53,059 bases of DNA from Candidatus Doudnabacteria bacterium (GCA_903908535.1 CAIVSE010000033.1:1-53059); one strand, 5' to 3'; positions 16,092 through 24,299 are shown, counted from the first letter of the stretch. The notes: generated by a model from the sequence alone, not told the origin. Made by a program: numbers and translations.

Positions 16092-18239
16092 ATGAAGACA
16101 CTTAGCAAAATTGGTATATTTTTCTTAATTATAAGCGGAATTTTGGCCTATGCCGCTCCGGCTTTGGCTGCCACGCCCTATTTAAGCATTACCAGTTTAA
16201 ATAATAATTTAGAGCAGATTTCCATTAGCTATGCCAATCCTTACAGCCAAATTAGCCTGTATGAGCAGCAAAATAGCTCGGTGTGGACTGTAATTAATAA
16301 TTTGGGCACTACAGACGGTACGGGGTCATATAACCAGCAGACGACTTTAGGTAATGGCAGCGGAACTTTGACCGCTTATGTGGTAGTTGGTGGGTTGCAA
16401 TCCAACACTGTCACGGTTTCTCCCGGCGGCCCATGCGTTTATAGCGGCTATAATTATGGATATGGTAATACTTGCGGCTGTACTTATAACTGTGGCAGCG
16501 GTCTTAGCTTAAGCCAGACTTCGGTTTCCATGACCGTTGGCCAAACCGCCAGCGTTAGCGTGCAAAATTCCAGCGGCTCTTTATATATTTCCAATAATTC
16601 CAACCAAAGCATAGTTACGGCTACGGCTTCCTATAATTCCATCAGTCTTTACGGGTTGGCCGCCGGCAGCGCTACCATTACCATTTGCGCCAGCAGCTAC
16701 AGCCAGTGCGCCACTTTGTTTGTCACGGTCACGGGCAATGGCACCGGTAACGGCAGCGTAACCTTCAGCCAAAGTAACGTCAATTTGGCCTTAAACCAAA
16801 ATATCACTATTTACGTTTATGGCACCAATGGCTACAATTCTTTTTATCTTTCCAATAATTCCAACAACAATTCGGTCATTGCCTCGCTGTCCGGCAATAT
16901 CTTAACTCTGACCGGCTACAATGCCGGCAGTAGCACCTTAACCGTTTGCCAGAGCAGTGGCGGCGGCTGCGGCAGTTTGTATGTCACAGTGGGCGGCGGC
17001 ACCGGCGGCGGTATAATTTTTAGCCAAAATAACTTGGTTTTAACTGCCGGCCAAACCTCCACGGTTTACATTAATGGCTACAGCGGTTATTACGTATCCA
17101 GCAACAGTAACGGCAGTGTGGCTTCGGCCGCTGTTAACGGCAGCGTTTTAACGGTGACAGCCATGGCCAGCGGCAACACTATTTTTACCGTCTGCCAGAA
17201 TAACAATAACACCTGCGGCAGTCTTAGCGTGGCCGTGAGCGGCAACAACTGCGGCTACGGTTATAATTGCGGCAGCGGCACGGTCAGCTTTAGCCAAAAT
17301 AATGTTAGTTTAACTTCGGGACAAAGCCAAACTGTAACAGTTTACGGTAATGCCCCGTTTAATATTTCTTCCAATTCCAACTCCGGCGCGGTTTCGGCTT
17401 CTGTTTCCGGCAACATTATCACTCTTTACGGTTACAGTAGCGGCAGTAGCAGTATTTCGGTTTGTTCCAATACCTATGGCGGCAGCGCTTATGGCGGCTG
17501 TGGCACGCTTTATGTAACAGTTAATGGTTATAACAATTGCAGCTATCCTTACAACAATAATTGCGGCAATAGCGGTTCCATTTCTTTAAGCCAAACCAGC
17601 GTGTCTGTGAACGTAGGCCAAACATCCTCTATAAGCGTTTATGGCAACGGTCCGTTCATCCTTTCTTCTAATGGTTCCTCTAATATTGCCTCCGGCGTTA
17701 TGTCCGGCAACACCTTAAATATTTATGGCAGCCAGCCGGGCTCATCGACCATTACGGTTTGCCAGCAAAATTACAGTTCGTCCTGTGCCAGCGTTTATGT
17801 TACTGTTACCGGTAACGGTTGTACTTATAATTGCGGCAGCGTGCTGGGCTCATCCATTTATGCCAACGGCCAGTTGTTGAACATTGGCGGCACGGTTTAT
17901 ATTGTTTACCAAAATACTCTCACGGCTTTTGGCAACGCTTCGGCCTTCCTTGGCCTGGGCTTTAGCTTCAGTAATGTCATTAACGCGGGCTATCAAAACG
18001 GCCTGACCATTTCCTCTTATGTTATTTCCACTACCGCCGGGGCGCATCCCTGGGGCAGCTGGATAAAAAATGGCGCCGCGGTTTATTTTGTCAGCCAGTT
18101 GGGGCTTATTCCAGTGCCCGATTGGAATACCTTCCTAAACAACGGTGGCAGCGCCGGGCTGATTGTGCCGGCTAATGCCTGGGACTTCCAGCTGCCCACA
18201 CTGGCGCCCATGGCCTATGGTGATGGTAGACTGAGATAG
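16092..18239 (+). CDS. Secreted repeat protein with 5 Ig-like (Big_2-like) repeats and Cys-rich linkers
   Basis: The signal peptide ends in APALA. Five ~85-aa repeats follow (..S(L/F)SQ..V.(L/V)..GQ(T/S)..(V/I)..G......S.NS.......V.G..L.(L/I).G...G(S/N)(S/T).I.VC......C..L.V.V). Linkers are of CTYNCGS type. Confidence 0.85.
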   Translation: MKTLSKIGIFFLIISGILAYAAPALAATPYLSITSLNNNLEQISISYANPYSQISLYEQQNSSVWTVINNLGTTDGTGSYNQQTTLGNGSGTLTAYVVVGGLQSNTVTVSPGGPCVYSGYNYGYGNTCGCTYNCGSGLSLSQTSVSMTVGQTASVSVQNSSGSLYISNNSNQSIVTATASYNSISLYGLAAGSATITICASSYSQCATLFVTVTGNGTGNGSVTFSQSNVNLALNQNITIYVYGTNGYNSFYLSNNSNNNSVIASLSGNILTLTGYNAGSSTLTVCQSSGGGCGSLYVTVGGGTGGGIIFSQNNLVLTAGQTSTVYINGYSGYYVSSNSNGSVASAAVNGSVLTVTAMASGNTIFTVCQNNNNTCGSLSVAVSGNNCGYGYNCGSGTVSFSQNNVSLTSGQSQTVTVYGNAPFNISSNSNSGAVSASVSGNIITLYGYSSGSSSISVCSNTYGGSAYGGCGTLYVTVNGYNNCSYPYNNNCGNSGSISLSQTSVSVNVGQTSSISVYGNGPFILSSNGSSNIASGVMSGNTLNIYGSQPGSSTITVCQQNYSSSCASVYVTVTGNGCTYNCGSVLGSSIYANGQLLNIGGTVYIVYQNTLTAFGNASAFLGLGFSFSNVINAGYQNGLTISSYVISTTAGAHPWGSWIKNGAAVYFVSQLGLIPVPDWNTFLNNGGSAGLIVPANAWDFQLPTLAPMAYGDGRLR

Positions 18240-18257
18240 GAATCATTTAGTACTTAT

Positions 18258-18290
18258 AAAAAATCCCGACATTAGTCGGGATTTTGGTTT
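18258..18290. terminator. Bidirectional terminator
   Basis: The hairpin AAAAAATCCCGAC-ATTA-GTCGGGATTTTGGTTTT lies between convergent genes. Confidence 0.75.
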
Positions 18291-18601
18291 TATATCCGTA
18301 TTTTTTGACAGCTTTCTATATGCTGCTGGAGCGGTATAGCTACGGTTTCCGCAATCATAGCAGCTAAATTTTCGGTTTGTTCAACCGCGAACTGTTTTAG
18401 GTCCTTGGATTGTTTTTCAAATCTTTCATCGAGCTTTTTGTCCATTTCCTGGCCAAAAGCTATGAATCTTGCATCCATCTTTTTGTCTATAACCTGGCCA
18501 AAAGCATCAAAACGCTTATCCAGAACCTCTTCTAATTCTTGTTTGTTGGTTTTAAAGCGTTTATCCAAGGCTTCTTCCAATTCAGAAAGTGTAATTTCCA
18601 T
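18290..18601 (-). CDS. Small helical protein of unknown function, paralog of 2148-2417
   Basis: MEITLSELEEALDKRF and the C-terminal VEQTENLAAMIAETVAIPLQQHIESCQKIRI match the paralog. The middle part differs and consists of (L/M)D(K/A/E)(R/K)F-type repeats. Confidence 0.7.
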   Translation of the reverse strand: MEITLSELEEALDKRFKTNKQELEEVLDKRFDAFGQVIDKKMDARFIAFGQEMDKKLDERFEKQSKDLKQFAVEQTENLAAMIAETVAIPLQQHIESCQKIRI

Positions 18602-18667
18602 AATATGGATTATTAATTATAATCAATAATGCCACATGGGCGGTCAAAAAATCGACCTTGTTATTTT

Positions 18668-18696
18668 ACATTACTCCCGCAGTTCTTAAGTGTCAA
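18668..18696 (-). promoter_or_regulatory. Sigma70-like promoter of 18290-18601 (TTGACA-17 nt-TAATGT)
   Basis: The minus strand reads TTGACActtaagaactgcgggagTAATGT. Two tandem TGTGGATA motifs (18699-18714) sit directly upstream. Confidence 0.5.
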
Positions 18697-18781
18697 ATTG
18701 TGGATATGTGGATACAAAAAATTCTGTTCGCCATTTGGCGGAGGGGTTTTAAAATAGCCAATATTTAGATATAATGAGTAT

Positions 18782-19459
18782 ATGAAAATCGCTGTTATCA
18801 CCGGAGCCAGCCGGGGCATTGGCTTGGCCACGGCTAGGAAGTTTTTAAATGAGGGTTGGAAGGTCGTGGGGATTTATAATCATACCACAATTCCTTTTGA
18901 GGATGAAAAGTTAATTCCGGTCAAGGTTGATATTGCAAATTCCGCCGAAATTGATAAGAGTTCAGCAAAAATAAAACAGGCTGTCACGTCTGTGGATGTT
19001 TTGGTTAATGCTGCCGGAGTGATTTTTGACAATCACACAGAAGAAGTAATTGTGGAAAACATTAAAAAAACTTTTGATGTTAATGTTTTTGGGTTGGTTG
19101 AGTTTACGAATCAACTCCTTCCGTTAATAAGCCAGGGTGGCCATATTATAAATATAGATTCAAACTACGGCGCCATGAGCACGCCGATTGACGACAAAAC
19201 CTCCACGGCTTACCGGATGTCCAAAGCGGCGCTAAATATGTATACCAGAATTCTAGCTTTCCATTTAAAAGGCAAAGGCATTAAAGTTTCGTCTATAGAT
19301 CCGGGATGGGTGAAGACAGATATGGGAAAAGCGGTTGCGTCGGAAACTGAACAACCGGACAGGGAGCCGGAGCAGCCGGCTGAAGAAATTTATAATTTGG
19401 CCACCGGTGACGTAGAGTCAGGACTGTTTTGGAGGTTTGGAAAAGTAAGGGAGTGGTAA
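18782..19459 (+). CDS. Short-chain dehydrogenase/reductase (SDR)
   Basis: It has the cofactor motif TGASRGIG and the catalytic YRMSK. Confidence 0.88.
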   Translation: MKIAVITGASRGIGLATARKFLNEGWKVVGIYNHTTIPFEDEKLIPVKVDIANSAEIDKSSAKIKQAVTSVDVLVNAAGVIFDNHTEEVIVENIKKTFDVNVFGLVEFTNQLLPLISQGGHIINIDSNYGAMSTPIDDKTSTAYRMSKAALNMYTRILAFHLKGKGIKVSSIDPGWVKTDMGKAVASETEQPDREPEQPAEEIYNLATGDVESGLFWRFGKVREW

Positions 19460-19463
19460 AGAA

Positions 19464-20858
19464 ATGCTTGACCATAAGCAAAAGCTAGGAAAAATTGCCG
19501 GACAAATGGTTTCGGCGGCGCGTGAACATAGGAAACTTCGGATTTTTCACGGTTTTTCCCATACTACCAGGGAATTAAACTATCAGGAAAATGAAGTCAT
19601 AGATATTAGCGCTTTAAATAATATTTTGGAAATAAACGTTGAAGGTAAATATGCTTTGGTGGAACCTAATGTCACCATGCAGGTTTTGGTTGAGAAGACC
19701 ATGGACAAAGGCCTGGTTCCGTTGGTTGTTCCGGAACTTCCTAAAATAACTCTTGGTGGATCGGTGCAGGGGGGGGCGGGTGAAAGCAGTTCTTTTAAAT
19801 ATGGCGGTGTTCACAATATATGCGATGAATATGAAATTGTCCTGGGAAATGGTGAAATAGTTACTGCCTCCAAAGATGTAAATCCAGATTTATTTTGGGG
19901 CTTACCGTGTTCTTATGGGTCACTGGGTATTACGACTTTGGTAAAAATAAGACTGACCGAAGCCAAAAAGTTTGTGAAATTATCCTATTTGCCGGTGGGC
20001 AGCTTTTTAGAGCTTAACCGGATTATTAAAGAACAGAGAGAACAGCCTATAGATTTTGTTGACGCCATTTTATTTGGCCCAAACAGCGGGGTGGTAATGG
20101 TAGGAATAATGGTGAACGAGCCGGATGATGACGATAAGGTCATGACCTTTTCCGGCGAATCTGACGAATGGTTTTATTTATATGTTCAAAGCAAGGTAAA
20201 AAAACAAAACTTTGTTCCCGACCATATTCCTTTAAAAGATTATCTTTTTAGGTATAATCAGGGGGCTTTTTGGACCGGTAAATTAGTTTTTGATAAGCTA
20301 AAAATCCCGTTTACAAAACTTAGCCGAACTTTATTGTACAAACGCCTTAACGCCGAAAGCCTGGGCAAGGCCGTGCATTCTGTAAATAACTCGCAATCCG
20401 GCATCTGTCAGGATTTTTGCTTGTCACAGGAAAAACTCACGGATTTTTTGGATTATTTAAATACAACTTTGTCCATTTATCCTTTATGGATATGTCCTTT
20501 GATGGTATCCAAAGAAAATGATAAATTATCTCCCACAAATATTAATAGTGAACAAGCAGTAAATGTTGGAATGTATGCCAAATTTGATGGAGGTTATAAC
20601 AAGTTTGTCGCGGTTAATCGAGCTCTAGAGCAAAAGCTTGCGGAGCTTGGAGGCAGAAAAGTCTTATATGCCCACCAATATTACTCACCCGAAGAATTTT
20701 GGAAAATATATGATTTAGATTGGTATAATAAATTAAGGAATAAATACTTTGCCAATAATGTCTTCCCGGATATTTACGAAAAAACCAACGTTAATAAAAA
20801 ATATCAAACGAAGGTTTTAAAGACGGTATTATCTTTTTTGGGTTTATCAAAGCACTAA
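19464..20858 (+). CDS. FAD-binding oxidoreductase resembling delta(24)-sterol reductase (DHCR24/DWF1 family)
   Basis: The segments VEPNVTM, VPELPKITLGGSVQGGAGESSSFKYGG, DLFWGLPCSYGSLGI, YPLWICP and EEFWKIYD..YNKLRNKY....FPDIYEK parallel the recalled human DHCR24 segments (VEPLVTM, LPELDDLTVGG..GIESSSHKYG, YPIWLCP, EEFWEMFD..YHKLREK..FPEVYDK). Confidence 0.75.
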   Translation: MLDHKQKLGKIAGQMVSAAREHRKLRIFHGFSHTTRELNYQENEVIDISALNNILEINVEGKYALVEPNVTMQVLVEKTMDKGLVPLVVPELPKITLGGSVQGGAGESSSFKYGGVHNICDEYEIVLGNGEIVTASKDVNPDLFWGLPCSYGSLGITTLVKIRLTEAKKFVKLSYLPVGSFLELNRIIKEQREQPIDFVDAILFGPNSGVVMVGIMVNEPDDDDKVMTFSGESDEWFYLYVQSKVKKQNFVPDHIPLKDYLFRYNQGAFWTGKLVFDKLKIPFTKLSRTLLYKRLNAESLGKAVHSVNNSQSGICQDFCLSQEKLTDFLDYLNTTLSIYPLWICPLMVSKENDKLSPTNINSEQAVNVGMYAKFDGGYNKFVAVNRALEQKLAELGGRKVLYAHQYYSPEEFWKIYDLDWYNKLRNKYFANNVFPDIYEKTNVNKKYQTKVLKTVLSFLGLSKH

Positions 20859-20887
20859 AAAATTCCGCACAATGGGTCCCATTGTTC

Positions 20888-21448
20888 CTACTGGCTAACT
20901 CTTTCCACATATTGCCCGTCGCGTGTATCTATGCGGATCATATCGCCTTCTTTTATAAACATGGGGGCGTTTACACTTAGTCCTGTTTCTAACTTTACAG
21001 GTTTGGTGACGTTGCCGCCGCTGTTGCCTTTGGTATCCGGCGGGGCTTCGGTAACTTTAAGCTCTATCTTAATTGGCAGTTCTATGGAAACGGGGCGGTT
21101 GTTAAAGCGCAAAATGCTGACTTCCATGCCTTCCTTTAAGTAGGCTTCCTGCTCCTGGGTGACTTCCTTGGCAATATCCACGGTTTCAAAGGTCTCATTG
21201 TTCATAAAGTGCGTGCCCTCGGCATCGGCATACAAAAAATTGGCTTTTTCGCGCACCACATCGGCTTCATCTATGCGTTCGCCAAACTTAAAGGAATATT
21301 CGTATTGCTTGCCGGTAATAACATTGCGAAGCTTGGTCTGCATCACGGGTTTGCGCTGGGCCGTGCGCATGCGGTTGCTCCAAATGACCTGCACGGGCTG
21401 GTTTTCCCACAGGATAATGGTCCCGATTTTCATGTCGTTTAAATCCAT
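20888..21448 (-). CDS. efp: Translation elongation factor P
   Basis: The EF-P layout is present over 186 aa (FMNNETFE, EAPPDTKGNSGGNVTKP, GDMIRIDTRDGQYVERV). The loop that normally carries KPGKG reads NRMRTAQRKP. Confidence 0.88.
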   Translation of the reverse strand: MDLNDMKIGTIILWENQPVQVIWSNRMRTAQRKPVMQTKLRNVITGKQYEYSFKFGERIDEADVVREKANFLYADAEGTHFMNNETFETVDIAKEVTQEQEAYLKEGMEVSILRFNNRPVSIELPIKIELKVTEAPPDTKGNSGGNVTKPVKLETGLSVNAPMFIKEGDMIRIDTRDGQYVERVSQ

Positions 21449-21478
21449 GGTGTATAAATAATAAGATTAATTGATTTG

Positions 21479-21578
21479 TTTTCCGGAGCCCGGATTCACT
21501 TCGGGCGGAGGAAAATCTTTGAAGGGAAAGGATGAGGCGAGCGAAGCGAGCAAGTTGAGAAGGAAAACCGACAAGGTT
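21479..21578. repeat. 100-nt direct repeat, copy 1 (between rpsR and efp)
   Basis: It matches 21872-21971 at 99 of 100 positions (TTTTCCGGAGCCCGgATTCACTTCGGGCGGAGGAAAATCTTTGAAGGG...AACCGACAAGGTT). Confidence 0.9.
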
Positions 21579-21593
21579 GTCCTTTTCAAAATC

Positions 21594-21851
21594 TTACGCT
21601 GCGACAAAAGGCAACAATGCCATGTGCCTGGCGTGTTTTAAGGCTTTGGTGACCATGCGCTGGTGCTTGGGGCAGGTGCCGGTGCGGCCATGGGCCAAAA
21701 TTTTGGCGTGCGGCGACATAAAGCGGCGCAGGGTTTGCGCGTCTTTGTAGTCCACGGTGGAAATTTTGTTGGAACAAAAATAGCACTGCTTTTTTACGGC
21801 AGGGGTGCTGTTGTTGTTTCGGCGGTCATAGCTGTTTTGGTGGGGTCTCAT
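21594..21851 (-). CDS. rpsR: 30S ribosomal protein S18
   Basis: It contains CYFCSNKISTVDYKD...LRRFMS and KHQRMVTKALKHARHMALLPF. Confidence 0.92.
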   Translation of the reverse strand: MRPHQNSYDRRNNNSTPAVKKQCYFCSNKISTVDYKDAQTLRRFMSPHAKILAHGRTGTCPKHQRMVTKALKHARHMALLPFVAA

Positions 21852-21871
21852 AATATTATTAAGATTAATAG

Positions 21872-21971
21872 TTTTCCGGAGCCCGAATTCACTTCGGGCG
21901 GAGGAAAATCTTTGAAGGGAAAGGATGAGGCGAGCGAAGCGAGCAAGTTGAGAAGGAAAACCGACAAGGTT
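21872..21971. repeat. 100-nt direct repeat, copy 2 (between ssb and rpsR)
   Basis: See copy 1. The flanks also share TTAAGATTAAT on the start-codon side. Confidence 0.9.
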
Positions 21972-21988
21972 TGCCTTCTCAAATTTTC

Positions 21989-22471
21989 TTAAAACGGGAT
22001 TCCATCCACGTTAATTTCTTCATCCTGGTTGATTACCGGTAATTCCTCGGCCGGGGGGTTGGGGATAAAATCGGTTCCTTGGGATTTTGGCGCTGGCTGG
22101 GGAGTACTGTTATAGCTTCCGGAAGAAGCGGATTGCCCGGCGGCCCGCTGCAGCATTATCATGTTATCGGCCACAATTTCGGTGCGGTAATTTTTTTTGC
22201 CGTCCTGGCCTTCCCAGCTGCGGGTTTGCAAACGGCCTTCTATATAAACCTGGGTGCCTTTTTTGAGGTACTGGTGGGCAATTTCTCCCAACTTGCGCCA
22301 CAGGACTACGTTGTGGTATTCCGGCGTATCAATTTTTTGTCCGGTTTCTTTGTTGGTGTAAGAATAATTAGTGGCCACAGAAAGGCTGGTGACATTGATT
22401 CCGGAAGGCGTGGTGCGCATTTCCGGGTCTTTAGTTAGCCGGCCAATTATCATGACTTTGTTTAAATCCAT
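21989..22471 (-). CDS. ssb: Single-stranded DNA-binding protein
   Basis: The OB-fold N-terminus reads MDLNKVMIIGRLTKDPE. A Gly/Pro/Gln-rich linker and an acidic C-terminal tip DGIPF follow. Confidence 0.92.
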   Translation of the reverse strand: MDLNKVMIIGRLTKDPEMRTTPSGINVTSLSVATNYSYTNKETGQKIDTPEYHNVVLWRKLGEIAHQYLKKGTQVYIEGRLQTRSWEGQDGKKNYRTEIVADNMIMLQRAAGQSASSGSYNSTPQPAPKSQGTDFIPNPPAEELPVINQDEEINVDGIPF

Positions 22472-22486
22472 AAATTTATAGATTAA

Positions 22487-22960
22487 TTACTTGGTTAAAT
22501 CTTCGGTCAAAGCGGCTTCTATCTTTTCATCCAAAGCCTTTTCGTCCAGTTCAATTATTGGTGCAACCGGTTTTTTGGCCCTAACTTCGCTCTTGCTTTC
22601 GGTTGCTTCGGCAGGAATGCGGCGGATAATTTTGGATTGCGCTATTTTATCTTTGGCCATGCGCTCCAAATATTCATCCAGATTGATAATGAGATAGCGG
22701 ATAATGCTCTGGTCCATGGAGTGGATTCTGGCATCCAGTCCAAAAACTTTTTTTGGCTCCATGGCGAAGTTGACCACAACATAATGTCCGTTGCGGGTTT
22801 TTTTAATGGTATAGGCCAGTTTTTTTTTGCCCAGTTGGGTTTCCACCACATCTGTGCCGCCAAAATCTTCTACTAGTTTTTTTACTTGCGCCGAAACTTG
22901 CGGCACGTCTGTGTCGGCCACATTGGCGCCGAGCAGGTACATAAGCTCATATTGAGGCAT
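22487..22960 (-). CDS. rpsF: 30S ribosomal protein S6 (with C-terminal extension)
   Basis: It starts MPQYELMYLL and has GKKKLAYTIKK. It occupies the usual position in the rpsF-ssb-rpsR order. Confidence 0.88.
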   Translation of the reverse strand: MPQYELMYLLGANVADTDVPQVSAQVKKLVEDFGGTDVVETQLGKKKLAYTIKKTRNGHYVVVNFAMEPKKVFGLDARIHSMDQSIIRYLIINLDEYLERMAKDKIAQSKIIRRIPAEATESKSEVRAKKPVAPIIELDEKALDEKIEAALTEDLTK

Positions 22961-22975
22961 AAGGAGTGTTCCTTA

Positions 22976-22999
22976 TTCCTCCCGATTCATCGGGAGGAA
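22976..22999. repeat. Perfect 9-bp hairpin TTCCTCCCG-ATTCAT-CGGGAGGAA between ychF and rpsF
   Basis: Read directly from the sequence. It resembles the TTTTCC..CCCG/CGGG..GGAAAA hairpin inside the 100-nt repeats. Confidence 0.7.
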
Positions 23000-23113
23000 A
23001 TATGATTAATAATATTAAGTTATTGCAATTATAGCATTTCTATTGGAGATTGTCACTATTGACAAAAAATAATAAATAAGGGATAATATAGCTTTTTATG
23101 GGTTCCGGCCTCT

Positions 23114-24190
23114 TTAATTGGCAAACCTAAAGTGCACCACGTCGCCATCCTGTACTACATATTCTTTGCCTTCTACCCGAAGCCATCCCTTTTCCCTGGC
23201 CTGCACGTATCCGCCCGCTTCCAAAAGTTTATCCCACTGTATGACTTCAGCGCGGATAAAACCCTTTTCAAAATCAGTATGGATTTTACCGGCCGCCTGC
23301 GGGGCACGACTGCCGGCTTTGCAGGTCCAGGCTTTGCTCTCTTTTGGGCCGGCCGTTATAAAGGTAATCAATCCCAAAGTTTTATAAGCCGCAGTAATAA
23401 TTTTGTGCAGGCCGGATTCCTTTAATCCTAATTCTTCCAAATATTGGGCCCGGTCTTCGTCGGAAAGTTCGGAGAGTTCACTTTCCAATTGGGCGTCAAT
23501 CAGAATTTCCCCGGGTGCACAATGGGTCCCATTGTGCAGATAGGTTTTGGTATCTAAATCAAACTTATCGTTGGCCACAAATAAAAACGGTTTTTGGGTT
23601 AACAATTGGATATCCTTGCTGTGCTCTTTTTCTTCATCGGTCAGCGTTACGGTATTGGCCATATGCCCGGCTTCCAGGACGTGTTTGTATTTTTCCAAAA
23701 CCGCCTTTTTAACAATACTTTCGCGGTCGCCGCCTTTAGCCTGTTTGGCAACGTCAGGCAGGCGTTTTTCTACTGTTTGTAAGTCTGCTAATTGTAGTTC
23801 AATGGCAATGGTTTCCATATCCCGTTTAGGGTCTACATTACCGTTCACGTGGATAATATCTTTGCTTTCAAAAACTCGTGTAACTTCCATAATGGCGTCC
23901 ACTTCGCGGATGTGCGACAAAAATTTATTGCCCAAACCTTCGCCCTGGCTGGCACCCTTAACCAGGCCGGCAATATCTACAAATTCAATAGATGTGGGTA
24001 CAATTTTTTCGGATTTTTCCAGTTCCGCCAGTTTAGCCAAACGTTCGTCGGGCACGGCCACCACCCCGACATTGGGGTCTATAGTCGCGAACGGGTAGTT
24101 GGCGGCTTCCACCTTGGATTTAGTGATGGCGTTAAATAACGTTGATTTGCCGACGTTGGGCAGGCCGACAATGCCGATTTGGAAAGACAT
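23114..24190 (-). CDS. ychF: Ribosome-binding ATPase YchF
   Basis: It has GIVGLPNVGKSTLFNA, the coiled-coil insert and a C-terminal TGS-like region (WTCKAGSRAPQAAGKIHTDFEKGFIRAEV). Confidence 0.93.
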   Translation of the reverse strand: MSFQIGIVGLPNVGKSTLFNAITKSKVEAANYPFATIDPNVGVVAVPDERLAKLAELEKSEKIVPTSIEFVDIAGLVKGASQGEGLGNKFLSHIREVDAIMEVTRVFESKDIIHVNGNVDPKRDMETIAIELQLADLQTVEKRLPDVAKQAKGGDRESIVKKAVLEKYKHVLEAGHMANTVTLTDEEKEHSKDIQLLTQKPFLFVANDKFDLDTKTYLHNGTHCAPGEILIDAQLESELSELSDEDRAQYLEELGLKESGLHKIITAAYKTLGLITFITAGPKESKAWTCKAGSRAPQAAGKIHTDFEKGFIRAEVIQWDKLLEAGGYVQAREKGWLRVEGKEYVVQDGDVVHFRFAN

Positions 24191-24269
24191 AAGGAATTTA
24201 GGATTTAGGATGTAACATTTATCATTTTAATCCAATTTGCCTGTTTAGCCAAGGGTTAGTGCGTCCCTG

Positions 24270-24299
24270 TTGTCGGATGCCCCGTTTTTTTGTTATAAT
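24270..24299 (+). promoter_or_regulatory. Candidate promoter (TTGTCG-18 nt-TGtTATAAT)
   Basis: An extended -10 TGTTATAAT ends at 24299, about 55 nt upstream of the 24355 ATG. Confidence 0.4.

Noticed and set aside
21663-21992. 109-aa plus-strand ORF
   Set aside because: It is antisense to rpsR and continues through the 100-nt repeat. It is an artefact of the repeat's open frame.
23547-24098. 183-aa plus-strand ORF
   Set aside because: It is antisense to ychF and has no motif of its own.
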